Below, piece after piece: positions 56,812 to 64,000 of a stretch of DNA of 64,000 nucleotides; within the stretch, counting starts at the first letter, position 1, and every line of letters starts with the position of its first letter. The notes beneath the pieces are model-generated. The model saw nothing but the letters and a program-made list of their open reading frames with translations. It was not told the origin of the DNA and searched no databases. The stretch is from Parcubacteria bacterium C7867-004 (lineage in GTDB: Bacteria > Patescibacteriota > Minisyncoccia > Phycocordibacterales > Phycocordibacteraceae). The DNA lies in NCBI GenBank assembly GCA_001189075.1, contig LFCN01000006.1, positions 321,746-385,745 on the forward strand. The letters run 5' to 3'. Position numbers and translations under genes: made by a program.

Positions 56812-57822
56812 ATGAACATGTTTGGGAACGAGATAAAGCCGGAAACATTCTCCGAGCCGACGAAGTACGACTCAGTGTACTGGGTCGAGGTAGACCGCAT
56901 CCAGCCGAATCCGTATCAGCCACGTCGCGAGTTCGACGAGGAACGACTCAAGGCGCTCGCTGAGTCTATTCGTCAGTACGGCGTGCTCCAGCCGATGGTA
57001 GTGACGCGCAAGGAAGTCGAGAAGCTGGGTGGCGGTCTCCAGGCAGTGTATGAGCTCATTGCGGGAGAACGCCGTCTGCGCGCCTCGAAGCTCATTGGTC
57101 TTAAGGAAGTGCCGGTGGTGATCCGGGCGGGTGAGCAGTCGGACAAGATGAAGCTCGAGCTCGCCATAATCGAAAACCTTCAGCGTGAGGATCTTAACTC
57201 GATCGATCGAGCGAAGGCGCTCGCGCAGCTGGCGGAGGATTTCGCTATCTCGCACGCCGAAATCGGCGCGAAAATTGGGCGCTCACGCGAGTACGTCTCG
57301 AACTCGATCCGTCTCCTTCAACTTCCGGAAGAGATTCAGAATGCGGTGGTTAACAAGGAGCTTTCAGAAGGACATGCTCGTGCGCTCCTGATGCTTAATC
57401 ACAAGACCGAGGAACGCGATACACTTTTCAAGGAGATCGTGCTCAAGAAGACCTCGGTACGCATGGTTGAGCAGATGGCGCGACGGCTCGCGCAGGACAA
57501 GATCCGCAAGCATGACAAGACTCCGGAGATCATGGCGCTTGAGAAGTCCCTCACGGAGACGCTCGGTACTCGTGTGCTCATCGAGAACCGTCCGCAGGGC
57601 GGCCGTCTCCTCATAGAATTCTTCTCGCCGGAAGACCTTTCGCATATCGCTGCCATTCTTGCGCTCCGTGATGAGAGCGATACCCCTGAAGCGCCGATGG
57701 ATAATCTCGATGAAGCATCCTCAATGCCGATCCATTCGAACACGACACAGCTCGAAGGAGCTCCTGCTCCTGCACAGGTTCCCGACGAAGATCTTTACTC
57801 CATCAAGAATTTCGCGGTTTGA
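56812..57822 (+). CDS. parB: ParB/Spo0J-family partition protein
   Basis: ParB box GERRLRA(S), an HTH segment, and the N-terminal LQPMVV region. 336 aa. No parA in the window. Confidence 0.8.
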   Translation: MNMFGNEIKPETFSEPTKYDSVYWVEVDRIQPNPYQPRREFDEERLKALAESIRQYGVLQPMVVTRKEVEKLGGGLQAVYELIAGERRLRASKLIGLKEVPVVIRAGEQSDKMKLELAIIENLQREDLNSIDRAKALAQLAEDFAISHAEIGAKIGRSREYVSNSIRLLQLPEEIQNAVVNKELSEGHARALLMLNHKTEERDTLFKEIVLKKTSVRMVEQMARRLAQDKIRKHDKTPEIMALEKSLTETLGTRVLIENRPQGGRLLIEFFSPEDLSHIAAILALRDESDTPEAPMDNLDEASSMPIHSNTTQLEGAPAPAQVPDEDLYSIKNFAV

Positions 57823-57890
57823 CCTTTTGAACCGGTCGTATTTATATACTCGTGGATGGGCGGTTGCGCTCTCCGACTGGAGGTAGATTG

Positions 57891-58235
57891 ATGCATGGTC
57901 TGGTAGACCTCGACTTCTGCCTCTCAGAAGAGGCGAACCGACTGCAGCGCGTGCTCACCGGTTGTGCTCATGAGCGCGACAAAGATACTCGACCGGCTCC
58001 CCGGAATCTAAAGCCTGAGCGGGAAATGATCACGCGGTTCCGTGCTCTAATCACCCAAGGTTTGCTTGTCCAGCAAGCAAATTGCGATCATGTCCTAACC
58101 ACGCTCCGGATGCTCACTACGCTCAGCTTTGAGCCTAACGGAGAGGGAAGGGTCATCGAGCAGCTGACCTCGCTCTTCATCTTTGCTCAACTGTCCGCGA
58201 AAGCCCCACAGCTCGAAAAACCCCCTGATGCCTGA
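57891..58235 (+). CDS. hypothetical protein
   Basis: 114-aa ORF starting MHGLVDLDF with GGAGG RBS about 8 nt upstream. No motif recognised. Confidence 0.35.
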   Translation: MHGLVDLDFCLSEEANRLQRVLTGCAHERDKDTRPAPRNLKPEREMITRFRALITQGLLVQQANCDHVLTTLRMLTTLSFEPNGEGRVIEQLTSLFIFAQLSAKAPQLEKPPDA

Positions 58236-58253
58236 CGCGCAAGCGCCAGGTAT

Positions 58254-59891
58254 TTATTTTGCCTTCCTGCCTCCTCTCTTCAGCTTCTTCGCTGTCTTCG
58301 CGGACTCTGCCGCTGACGGACGTGCACGGTCGCTCACTTCAAGCCGTGCGCGGATATGGCGACGTGCCATCGACGTGCGCGCATACTCGAGCCACTTGGC
58401 GGTTGGGTGTGCGGACTTGCTCTTGATTATGTCGATGATATCTCCGTTACGAAGCTTCGTATCGAACGTAACAAGCTTGCCGTTCACTTTCGCTCCCTGC
58501 ATGTGGTCTCCCAGATCGCTATGTATGGCGTACGCGAAATCTATCGGCGTCGATTCGGTCGGAAGGTCGATGACATCTCCCTTCGGGGTGAATATGAATA
58601 TGCGATGCGAGAAGAAGTCTGATTTGAGTCCCTCGACGAAATCCTCGGACGCTACTTCCGAGTGCGCCTCCTTGAGGTCCGTGAGCCACTGCGGCACATC
58701 CGGCATGTTGGTGGCACCTCGTGCAGTTGTTTCCATGCTCTTTGCTCCCGGGCGCATGTTGAGGAGTCCGGGAACAAGGTCGCGCACCCAGGGAAAGGAG
58801 AGCCGCTGGAAGGCATTCTTGCTGCTGTCTTTAACGAGCGCTTTGTAAGACATGTGGGACGCGATACCGAACTGCGCACGCTGATGCATTTCTTTGGTGC
58901 GTACCTGCATCTCGACGATGCCAGCTTCGCCGGTAACAACGGTGGTGTGGAGCGACTGGTACCCGTTCGGTTTCGGGAAGGAGATGTAATCCTTGAACTC
59001 GCCCGGCAGCGGCTTCCAGAGGGCGTGTATGACGCCCAGGGCGGTATAGCAGTCGTCGATGGTAGGGACAACTACGCGCAGCGCCGCGATGTCGTGGATG
59101 AGCGTGATGTCATCATTCTTGCGTGCAAGCTTCTGATGCAGGCTCCAGAGGCCTTTCATGCGGATCGAGGTAGCGAAGTCCTTAACGCCCTTTCGGGCGA
59201 GCGCATGCTGCAAATCTTTCTGTACGCGGGCGAGTCCTGCTTCGGTCTCTTTGGACTTGAGCTTTCGTACTTCAACCGCGTGAGCGTAGGCATCGGGATC
59301 GATCGCCGGGAACGCGAGGTCCTCAAGCTCCTTCTTCATGGATCCCATACCGAGCCGGTCCGCGATTGGCGCATAGATCTCGAGGGTCTCGAGCGCGATG
59401 CGCTTGCGCTTCAATTCTGGGACATGCTCGAGTGTAGTCATGTTGTGATACCGGTCGGCGAGCTTGATGATCAGTACGCGAACATCCGCGGAAGTAGCAA
59501 CTAAGAGGCGACGAAGCGATTCCGCATGGCGCTCACCGCCTTGGTACTTGTGCTTTCCGAGCTTGGTAACGCCTTCGACGAGAAAGAGCACCTCCGCACC
59601 GAGTTCGGCTTCGACTTCCTCGGGTGTTGCCTTGGCGTCCTCTATGGCGTCATGGAGAAGCGCTGCCGCTACCGTGCGCGCGTCCATGCCGAGTTCTGCG
59701 AGGTGCTTGGCTACGGCAGCAGGATGGATGAAATACGGTTCGCCGGAGTAGCGGAGGTGACCGGCATGCGCTTTCGCGCCGAAATCATAGGCTTTGAGGA
59801 TAAGTGCCTCGTCGCCCGGTTCGAGCGAACTCATCGACGCGATGATCTCCTTAGCCGTCGTCATGCATGAAGCATACTGCGAACCCGCCAA
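58254..59891 (-). CDS. bifunctional (p)ppGpp synthetase/hydrolase, RelA/SpoT family (short, no ACT domain)
   Basis: HD hydrolase domain (HPAAVAKHLAELG..LLHDAIED), synthetase domain (DIAALRVVV..YQSLHTTV) and TGS domain. 545 aa. The first listed codon is TTG; an in-frame ATG lies 9 codons downstream. Confidence 0.85.
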   Translation of the reverse strand: MAGSQYASCMTTAKEIIASMSSLEPGDEALILKAYDFGAKAHAGHLRYSGEPYFIHPAAVAKHLAELGMDARTVAAALLHDAIEDAKATPEEVEAELGAEVLFLVEGVTKLGKHKYQGGERHAESLRRLLVATSADVRVLIIKLADRYHNMTTLEHVPELKRKRIALETLEIYAPIADRLGMGSMKKELEDLAFPAIDPDAYAHAVEVRKLKSKETEAGLARVQKDLQHALARKGVKDFATSIRMKGLWSLHQKLARKNDDITLIHDIAALRVVVPTIDDCYTALGVIHALWKPLPGEFKDYISFPKPNGYQSLHTTVVTGEAGIVEMQVRTKEMHQRAQFGIASHMSYKALVKDSSKNAFQRLSFPWVRDLVPGLLNMRPGAKSMETTARGATNMPDVPQWLTDLKEAHSEVASEDFVEGLKSDFFSHRIFIFTPKGDVIDLPTESTPIDFAYAIHSDLGDHMQGAKVNGKLVTFDTKLRNGDIIDIIKSKSAHPTAKWLEYARTSMARRHIRARLEVSDRARPSAAESAKTAKKLKRGGRKAK

Positions 59892-59944
59892 CCTGCAACT
59901 TCATGTTCTTAGAAGTGGTATAAGAATATGAAGGGAGTATGTAG

Positions 59945-60106
59945 ATGTCCTTTGTAAAAGTTGCGTGGTGTAACCGCTGCGGCCTCGTTCACCCTCATGA
60001 TGACGAAAAGCCGTGTGCGGAGCAGCTCGAGTACATCATCGAACAATCAAAACCAGAAACCCGCGAGGGTCATCTGGTCGTCCATCACCTGGATCTTGCC
60101 GATTGA
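59945..60106 (+). CDS. small CxxC-containing hypothetical protein (53 aa)
   Basis: Not in the ORF track (under 60 aa). AAGGGAG RBS upstream of the ATG at 59945. MSFVKVAWCNRCGLVHPHDDEKPCAEQLEYIIEQSKPETREGHLVVHHLDLAD. TGA at 60104-60106 is followed by a hairpin plus T-run. Confidence 0.35.
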   Translation: MSFVKVAWCNRCGLVHPHDDEKPCAEQLEYIIEQSKPETREGHLVVHHLDLAD

Positions 60107-60121
60107 TCCGGACCGCATTTC

Positions 60122-60150
60122 ATCCCACGCACGCGTGGGATTTTCTATTT
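60122..60150 (+). terminator. rho-independent terminator
   Basis: TCCCACGC-ACG-CGTGGGA followed by TTTTCTATTT. Abuts the topA stop codon on the opposite strand. Confidence 0.6.
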
Positions 60151-62523
60151 CAGGTACTCTGCTGCCTCCAGAGGGGTGAGTGCATCAGCATCCTGGCTCT
60201 CAGGAAGGTAGATGCGGCGCAGTCCTTTCTTAAGGAAAAGGCCCGCCTTCGACTTGTAAAGTACGAGTGACTTTCCCGTCTTCGGGTGCTTGCCGATCTC
60301 GCGGACGATGTCGACGCCCTTGGGTGGACGCTTGGGCTCCGCGAGGATCTCTACCGCCCGGTCGAGCGTGACAGTATACGGGTCGTCAGGAGTCTTGAGC
60401 GACCTGAACTCGCCGTCATGCCCGACATACGGACCGAAGCGTCCGACGTTCGCCATGATGGGCTTGCTGGTACCGGGATGATTCCCGAGTTCGCGAGGAA
60501 GCGAGAGGTAATGCAGCGCATCAGCGAGCGTGACGCTCGACAGATCGGTGCCCGGCGGGATGCTGGCGCGCTTGAGCGCCTTCTTCGGTCGCCCGCGCGC
60601 TTTCTTTGGCTTACCGGTCTTTGTGAGCTCGATTGGTGCTTCTACTTCAGGAAGCTCCATCTCGACATAGGGTCCGTAGCGTCCGGTCTTAACGAAGATC
60701 GCGCTTCCGGTTACGGGGTCGTTTCCGATAGGCTCGTCGCTCTTAAGCTCGGTGCCGTCTTCCTGACGAGCTCCCACGCAGTCGGGGTACTTCGTACAGC
60801 TCATGAATATGCCGCCACGACCGAGCTTGAACTCCATTGTTGCGCTACAGATAGGGCAGGAGAATTCTTCAGGTACCGGACCGAGTGAGGTGGCTTTCGG
60901 AAGCTTATCTTTTGAGGCTACTTCCTTTGAGAACGGTCCATAGAACTCAGATAGGGTATCCTCATACCCGCGTTCGCCGCGCGCTATCTCGTCGAGCTCG
61001 TCCTCCATCTCCGCCGTGAACTCGTCCGATATGTATTTCGCAAAGTGTTCCTCAAGCCAGCCGGACACAACCATGCCGGTTGCCGTCGGCGTGAGTGTGC
61101 GTCCCGTCTTCTCGACATAGCCGCGATCCTGAATGGTCTTCATGATGGACGCATACGTCGACGGGCGTCCGATACCGCGCTTCTCGAGTTCTTTAACGAG
61201 TCCTGCCTCGGTGTACCGATTGTGTGGCTCGGTCTGCTTTTCGAGCGAACCGAGCGAGATGAGCGTGAGCGCTTCTCCTTCGAGAAGTTTTGGAAGCTCG
61301 ACATCCTCGCCTCGCGCTCGCGTATCGCAGGCAAGCCATCCCGGGAAGATCACGCGAGAGCCATTCGCTGAGAACTGCGGGATTATCGCATCAGCTTGCG
61401 CCTTCACGCTCGTCTTCGAGAGCTTCGCGGAAGCCATCTGGGACGCCAGCGTGCGTATGCGGATGAGCTCATAGAGCCTCGTCTCGTCCGGGGTCGATCC
61501 TGCATTCGTTTTTGTGGGATCGGTAGGACGCACGGCCTCATGCGCTTCCTGCGCATTCTTACTCTTGGTCTTGTACACGCGCGCCTGCGCGTATTCTGCA
61601 CCGAACTCTTTCGTAACCACTTCGAGCATTTTCTTTGCCGCTTCTTCGCCGAGATTCACGGAGTCGGTACGCATGTAGGTGATGTGTCCTGCTTCATAGA
61701 GCTTCTGGGCGGCACGCATGGTGCGTGATGGAGAGAACCCGAGACGGCTCGAGCCCGCCTGCTGCAGGGTGGAGGTGGTGAACGGCGGGCGCGGCTGGCG
61801 CTCCTCGTCGCGCTCGCGGACTTCAGCGACGTGCCATGCGCTAGCGCGTCCGAGCGTAACGATGCGCTCCGCCTCTTCCGCGGTTGCGGGCTCTTCGACG
61901 CAGGTAGCAGGGAATTCGGTTCCGCCTTTCGCTTTGAAGAGCGCGTCGAGGGTGAAGTACGTGACGGGTATAAACGCTTTGATCTCGCGTTCGCGCTCGG
62001 CGAGTATGCGGAGCGCCGGCGACTGTACGCGCCCTGCAGAAAGTCCGTAACGGACTTTCTTCCAAATGAGACCCGAGAGGTCGTAGCCCACGAGACGGTC
62101 GAGCACACGGCGGGCTTCCTGGGCGCGCCTCAGGTGCTCGTCGATAGCACGCGGATGCGCGATAGCTTCCTCGACCGCTGCCTTGGTTATCTCGTGGAAG
62201 ACCACGCGCTGCGGCTTCTTGAGACCTACCGCTTCTTTAACGTGCCAAGCGATAGCCTCGCCTTCGCGGTCGGGGTCCGTCGCGAGGAAGATCTCGTCGG
62301 CCTTGGCGGCTGCGCGTTGGATTTTCTCGATAACCTCCCGCTTATCAGCGGATACGACATAGCGCGGTTTGAAACCGTTCTCGATGTCGACTGCGTCCTT
62401 ATTCGACTTCGGAAGATCACGCACGTGGCCCACGGACGCAAGCACCTCGTAGTCTTTTCCGAGGTACTGCTGGATGGTGCGCGCTTTCGCGGGCGACTCG
62501 ACGATTAGGAGACGTTTAGCCAT
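60145..62523 (-). CDS. topA: DNA topoisomerase I
   Basis: TOPRIM N-terminus MAKRLLIVESPAKARTIQQYLG, active-site Tyr region, C-terminal Zn-ribbon segment (CPICSATM..CTKYPDC). 792 aa. Confidence 0.95.
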   Translation of the reverse strand: MAKRLLIVESPAKARTIQQYLGKDYEVLASVGHVRDLPKSNKDAVDIENGFKPRYVVSADKREVIEKIQRAAAKADEIFLATDPDREGEAIAWHVKEAVGLKKPQRVVFHEITKAAVEEAIAHPRAIDEHLRRAQEARRVLDRLVGYDLSGLIWKKVRYGLSAGRVQSPALRILAEREREIKAFIPVTYFTLDALFKAKGGTEFPATCVEEPATAEEAERIVTLGRASAWHVAEVRERDEERQPRPPFTTSTLQQAGSSRLGFSPSRTMRAAQKLYEAGHITYMRTDSVNLGEEAAKKMLEVVTKEFGAEYAQARVYKTKSKNAQEAHEAVRPTDPTKTNAGSTPDETRLYELIRIRTLASQMASAKLSKTSVKAQADAIIPQFSANGSRVIFPGWLACDTRARGEDVELPKLLEGEALTLISLGSLEKQTEPHNRYTEAGLVKELEKRGIGRPSTYASIMKTIQDRGYVEKTGRTLTPTATGMVVSGWLEEHFAKYISDEFTAEMEDELDEIARGERGYEDTLSEFYGPFSKEVASKDKLPKATSLGPVPEEFSCPICSATMEFKLGRGGIFMSCTKYPDCVGARQEDGTELKSDEPIGNDPVTGSAIFVKTGRYGPYVEMELPEVEAPIELTKTGKPKKARGRPKKALKRASIPPGTDLSSVTLADALHYLSLPRELGNHPGTSKPIMANVGRFGPYVGHDGEFRSLKTPDDPYTVTLDRAVEILAEPKRPPKGVDIVREIGKHPKTGKSLVLYKSKAGLFLKKGLRRIYLPESQDADALTPLEAAEYLK

Positions 62524-62559
62524 GTGTTACTAAGACATACCGCGCATACCTATATATGG

Positions 62560-63273
62560 TCAAGGAACAGCACGCATACTTGCCGCAACCGTCGTGTCTG
62601 TTTTTAGCTCAGGAATACCTAGCACTTCGAGTATATGACTCGGCTCAGATACGAGAATGGCGCCGAGCCGGATGAATAGGTGTCCTCCGAAACCGTGCGG
62701 GTCTCCGATGCGGTGAGGAATACACAGGAGATCGCGGTTGTAGTCAGCGGCAAGGCGCGCGGTTATGAGCGTTCCTGACTTCGGTCCCGCTTCGATAATC
62801 AGTACTGCATCAGCGAGACCTGCCATAATGCGGTTGCGTGACGGAAAGTCCGTGGGTCGCGACATATGACCTGGCTCATGTTCGGAAAGAAGCAGACCGC
62901 CCTTGTGCACGATCTCCTTTGCGAGACCCAGGTTCGTCCGCGGCCCGATAGTGCTATCGTTAAGTCCTGAACCCGGCACAGCGATTGTGTGCATTCCGTA
63001 TGCGAGCGCGGCTCGGTGAGCGACCGCGTCCGCGCCGAGCGCGAGACCGGAAACGATTGATATCGGATATCCTGCCAGTCCCGCTATCATCTCCTCGCAC
63101 GCGTACTGTCCGTAGCTTGAGAGCGCTCTTGATCCCACTACCGCAAGCATCTTAGTTCCGTCTGGAGGAAAGGCACCCTTCATCCACAACCTCTCAGGCG
63201 GGTTCGGTATCTCAAGTAGCTGCCCAATTCCTCGCTCCGCATACTCCTCTTTTTCAATGGTCTCTATTTCCAT
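62560..63273 (-). CDS. dprA: DNA processing protein DprA (Smf) Rossmann-fold domain
   Basis: AVVGSRALSSYGQYACEEM..IVSGLALGADAVAHRAAL..TIAVPGSGL. Classic topA-dprA adjacency. Confidence 0.8.
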   Translation of the reverse strand: MEIETIEKEEYAERGIGQLLEIPNPPERLWMKGAFPPDGTKMLAVVGSRALSSYGQYACEEMIAGLAGYPISIVSGLALGADAVAHRAALAYGMHTIAVPGSGLNDSTIGPRTNLGLAKEIVHKGGLLLSEHEPGHMSRPTDFPSRNRIMAGLADAVLIIEAGPKSGTLITARLAADYNRDLLCIPHRIGDPHGFGGHLFIRLGAILVSEPSHILEVLGIPELKTDTTVAASMRAVP

Positions 63274-63372
63274 TCCCTAAGTATGCAAAACGGAGATAGT
63301 GAAAAGATAAAATATCTTCCCGCTACCGCAGCGCTTTTCCGCTAGGCTGCCGTACCGTACAATGTAGACCAC

Positions 63373-64000
63373 ATGCTCGACATCCATTTTATCCGCGAAA
63401 ACGCTGACCTCGTTAAGGCAGGTGCTGCTAAAAAGCACATAGAAATCGATATCGATCGCCTCCTTGCGGTCGATGACGAGCGCAAGGTCCTGCGTCAGCA
63501 GCTTGATGAGAAGCGCGCCGAGCAGAATCGCGCGAGTCAGACTATTGCGCTTGCGAAGGGAGAAGAGAAAGAGAAGCTGCTCGAAGCGATGCGTTTTGTA
63601 AAGGAAAGCATGCAGGAGCTTGAAGAGAAGTACAAAGCGGCTCTCGAAGAGTGGCAGAAGCTCATGCTGCTTGTGCCTAACCTCCCGGATATGACCGTAC
63701 CGGACGGAGACTCGGATAACGATAATGTCGAGGTGCGCGTATGGGGAGACCGCAAGGAATTCTCCTTTACCCCAAAGGATCACGTCGAGTTAATGACAAA
63801 TAATGGCATGGCTGACTTCGAGCGCGGAGCGAAGGTTGCCGGATTTCGTGGGTACTTCCTTAAGGGGGACGGCGCGATCTTGCAGTTCGGCATAATGCAA
63901 TTCCTGCAGAACCATTTCGTACAGAAGAATGCGAAGGGAGATACATGGATCCCCATGGTGGTCCCGTCTCTGGTGCGGCGCGAAGGATTCATGGGTACTG
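63373..64000 (+). CDS. serS: seryl-tRNA synthetase, N-terminal part (continues beyond window end)
   Basis: MLDIHFIRENADLVKAGAAKK.. followed by a long coiled-coil arm, then ..GFRGYFLKGDGAILQFGIMQF at the start of the class II core. No stop codon before position 64000. Confidence 0.8.
   Translation, partial: MLDIHFIRENADLVKAGAAKKHIEIDIDRLLAVDDERKVLRQQLDEKRAEQNRASQTIALAKGEEKEKLLEAMRFVKESMQELEEKYKAALEEWQKLMLLVPNLPDMTVPDGDSDNDNVEVRVWGDRKEFSFTPKDHVELMTNNGMADFERGAKVAGFRGYFLKGDGAILQFGIMQFLQNHFVQKNAKGDTWIPMVVPSLVRREGFMGT

Noticed and set aside
63277-63783. 168-aa minus-strand ORF
   Set aside because: It is antisense to the clearly recognisable serS N-terminus (MLDIHFIRENADLV..).

Overview
The window reads as a compact, gene-dense bacterial chromosome segment (about 55-58% GC by eye). 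It is probably from a reduced-genome lineage such as Candidate Phyla Radiation (CPR)/Patescibacteria: S1, IF-2 and ValRS are all short, there are many isolated tRNA genes, and there are VirB2-like small membrane proteins. That lineage call is inference, not established.

Housekeeping content:
- Translation: valS, infB-rbfA, rpsA, rpsU, rpmG, pth, miaA, ybeY, a HisRS-like gene, and a partial serS at the 3' edge.
- Cell division: ftsA-ftsZ.
- DNA topology and recombination: gyrA, topA-dprA, parB.
- tRNA t6A modification: tsaD and tsaC.
- Stress and redox: clpB, an Hsp20, trxB, a peroxiredoxin, relA/spoT.
- Metabolism: an ahcY/PfkB-kinase/DHH-phosphoesterase cluster, alr, a cysteine desulfurase.
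- Transporters: an ABC exporter and a solute-binding protein.
- Ten tRNA genes on both strands, including three tRNA-Leu isoacceptors (TAG, TAA, CAA).
- Many clear rho-independent terminators.

Signals that stand out:
1. A tandem array of five paralogous small proteins (signal peptide plus two transmembrane helices) resembling VirB2/TrbC type IV secretion pilins at 34.7-36.6 kb. Two further genes at 52.5-55.1 kb carry the same pilin-like N-terminal module fused to peptidoglycan hydrolase domains: an SLT lytic transglycosylase and an M15 VanY-like peptidase.
2. Two GC-rich islands (~66-70% GC, at 28.1-29.3 kb and 50.9-51.7 kb). They encode small secreted low-complexity proteins, one of them a PEP-CTERM protein, with unusually clear sigma70-like promoters that share a conserved motif.
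3. Two AT-rich homing-endonuclease-like genes sitting immediately 5' of tRNA genes: an HNH protein overlapping tRNA-Leu(TAA), and a LAGLIDADG-like ORF upstream of tRNA-Arg.
4. An ATP-grasp ligase followed by a tiny acidic Thr/Asp/Glu-rich ORF and a strong terminator.
5. A two-ORF cassette bracketed by near-identical terminator hairpins.

No CRISPR array, rRNA, or large ncRNA was recognised. All product calls rest on motif recognition by eye without database searches.
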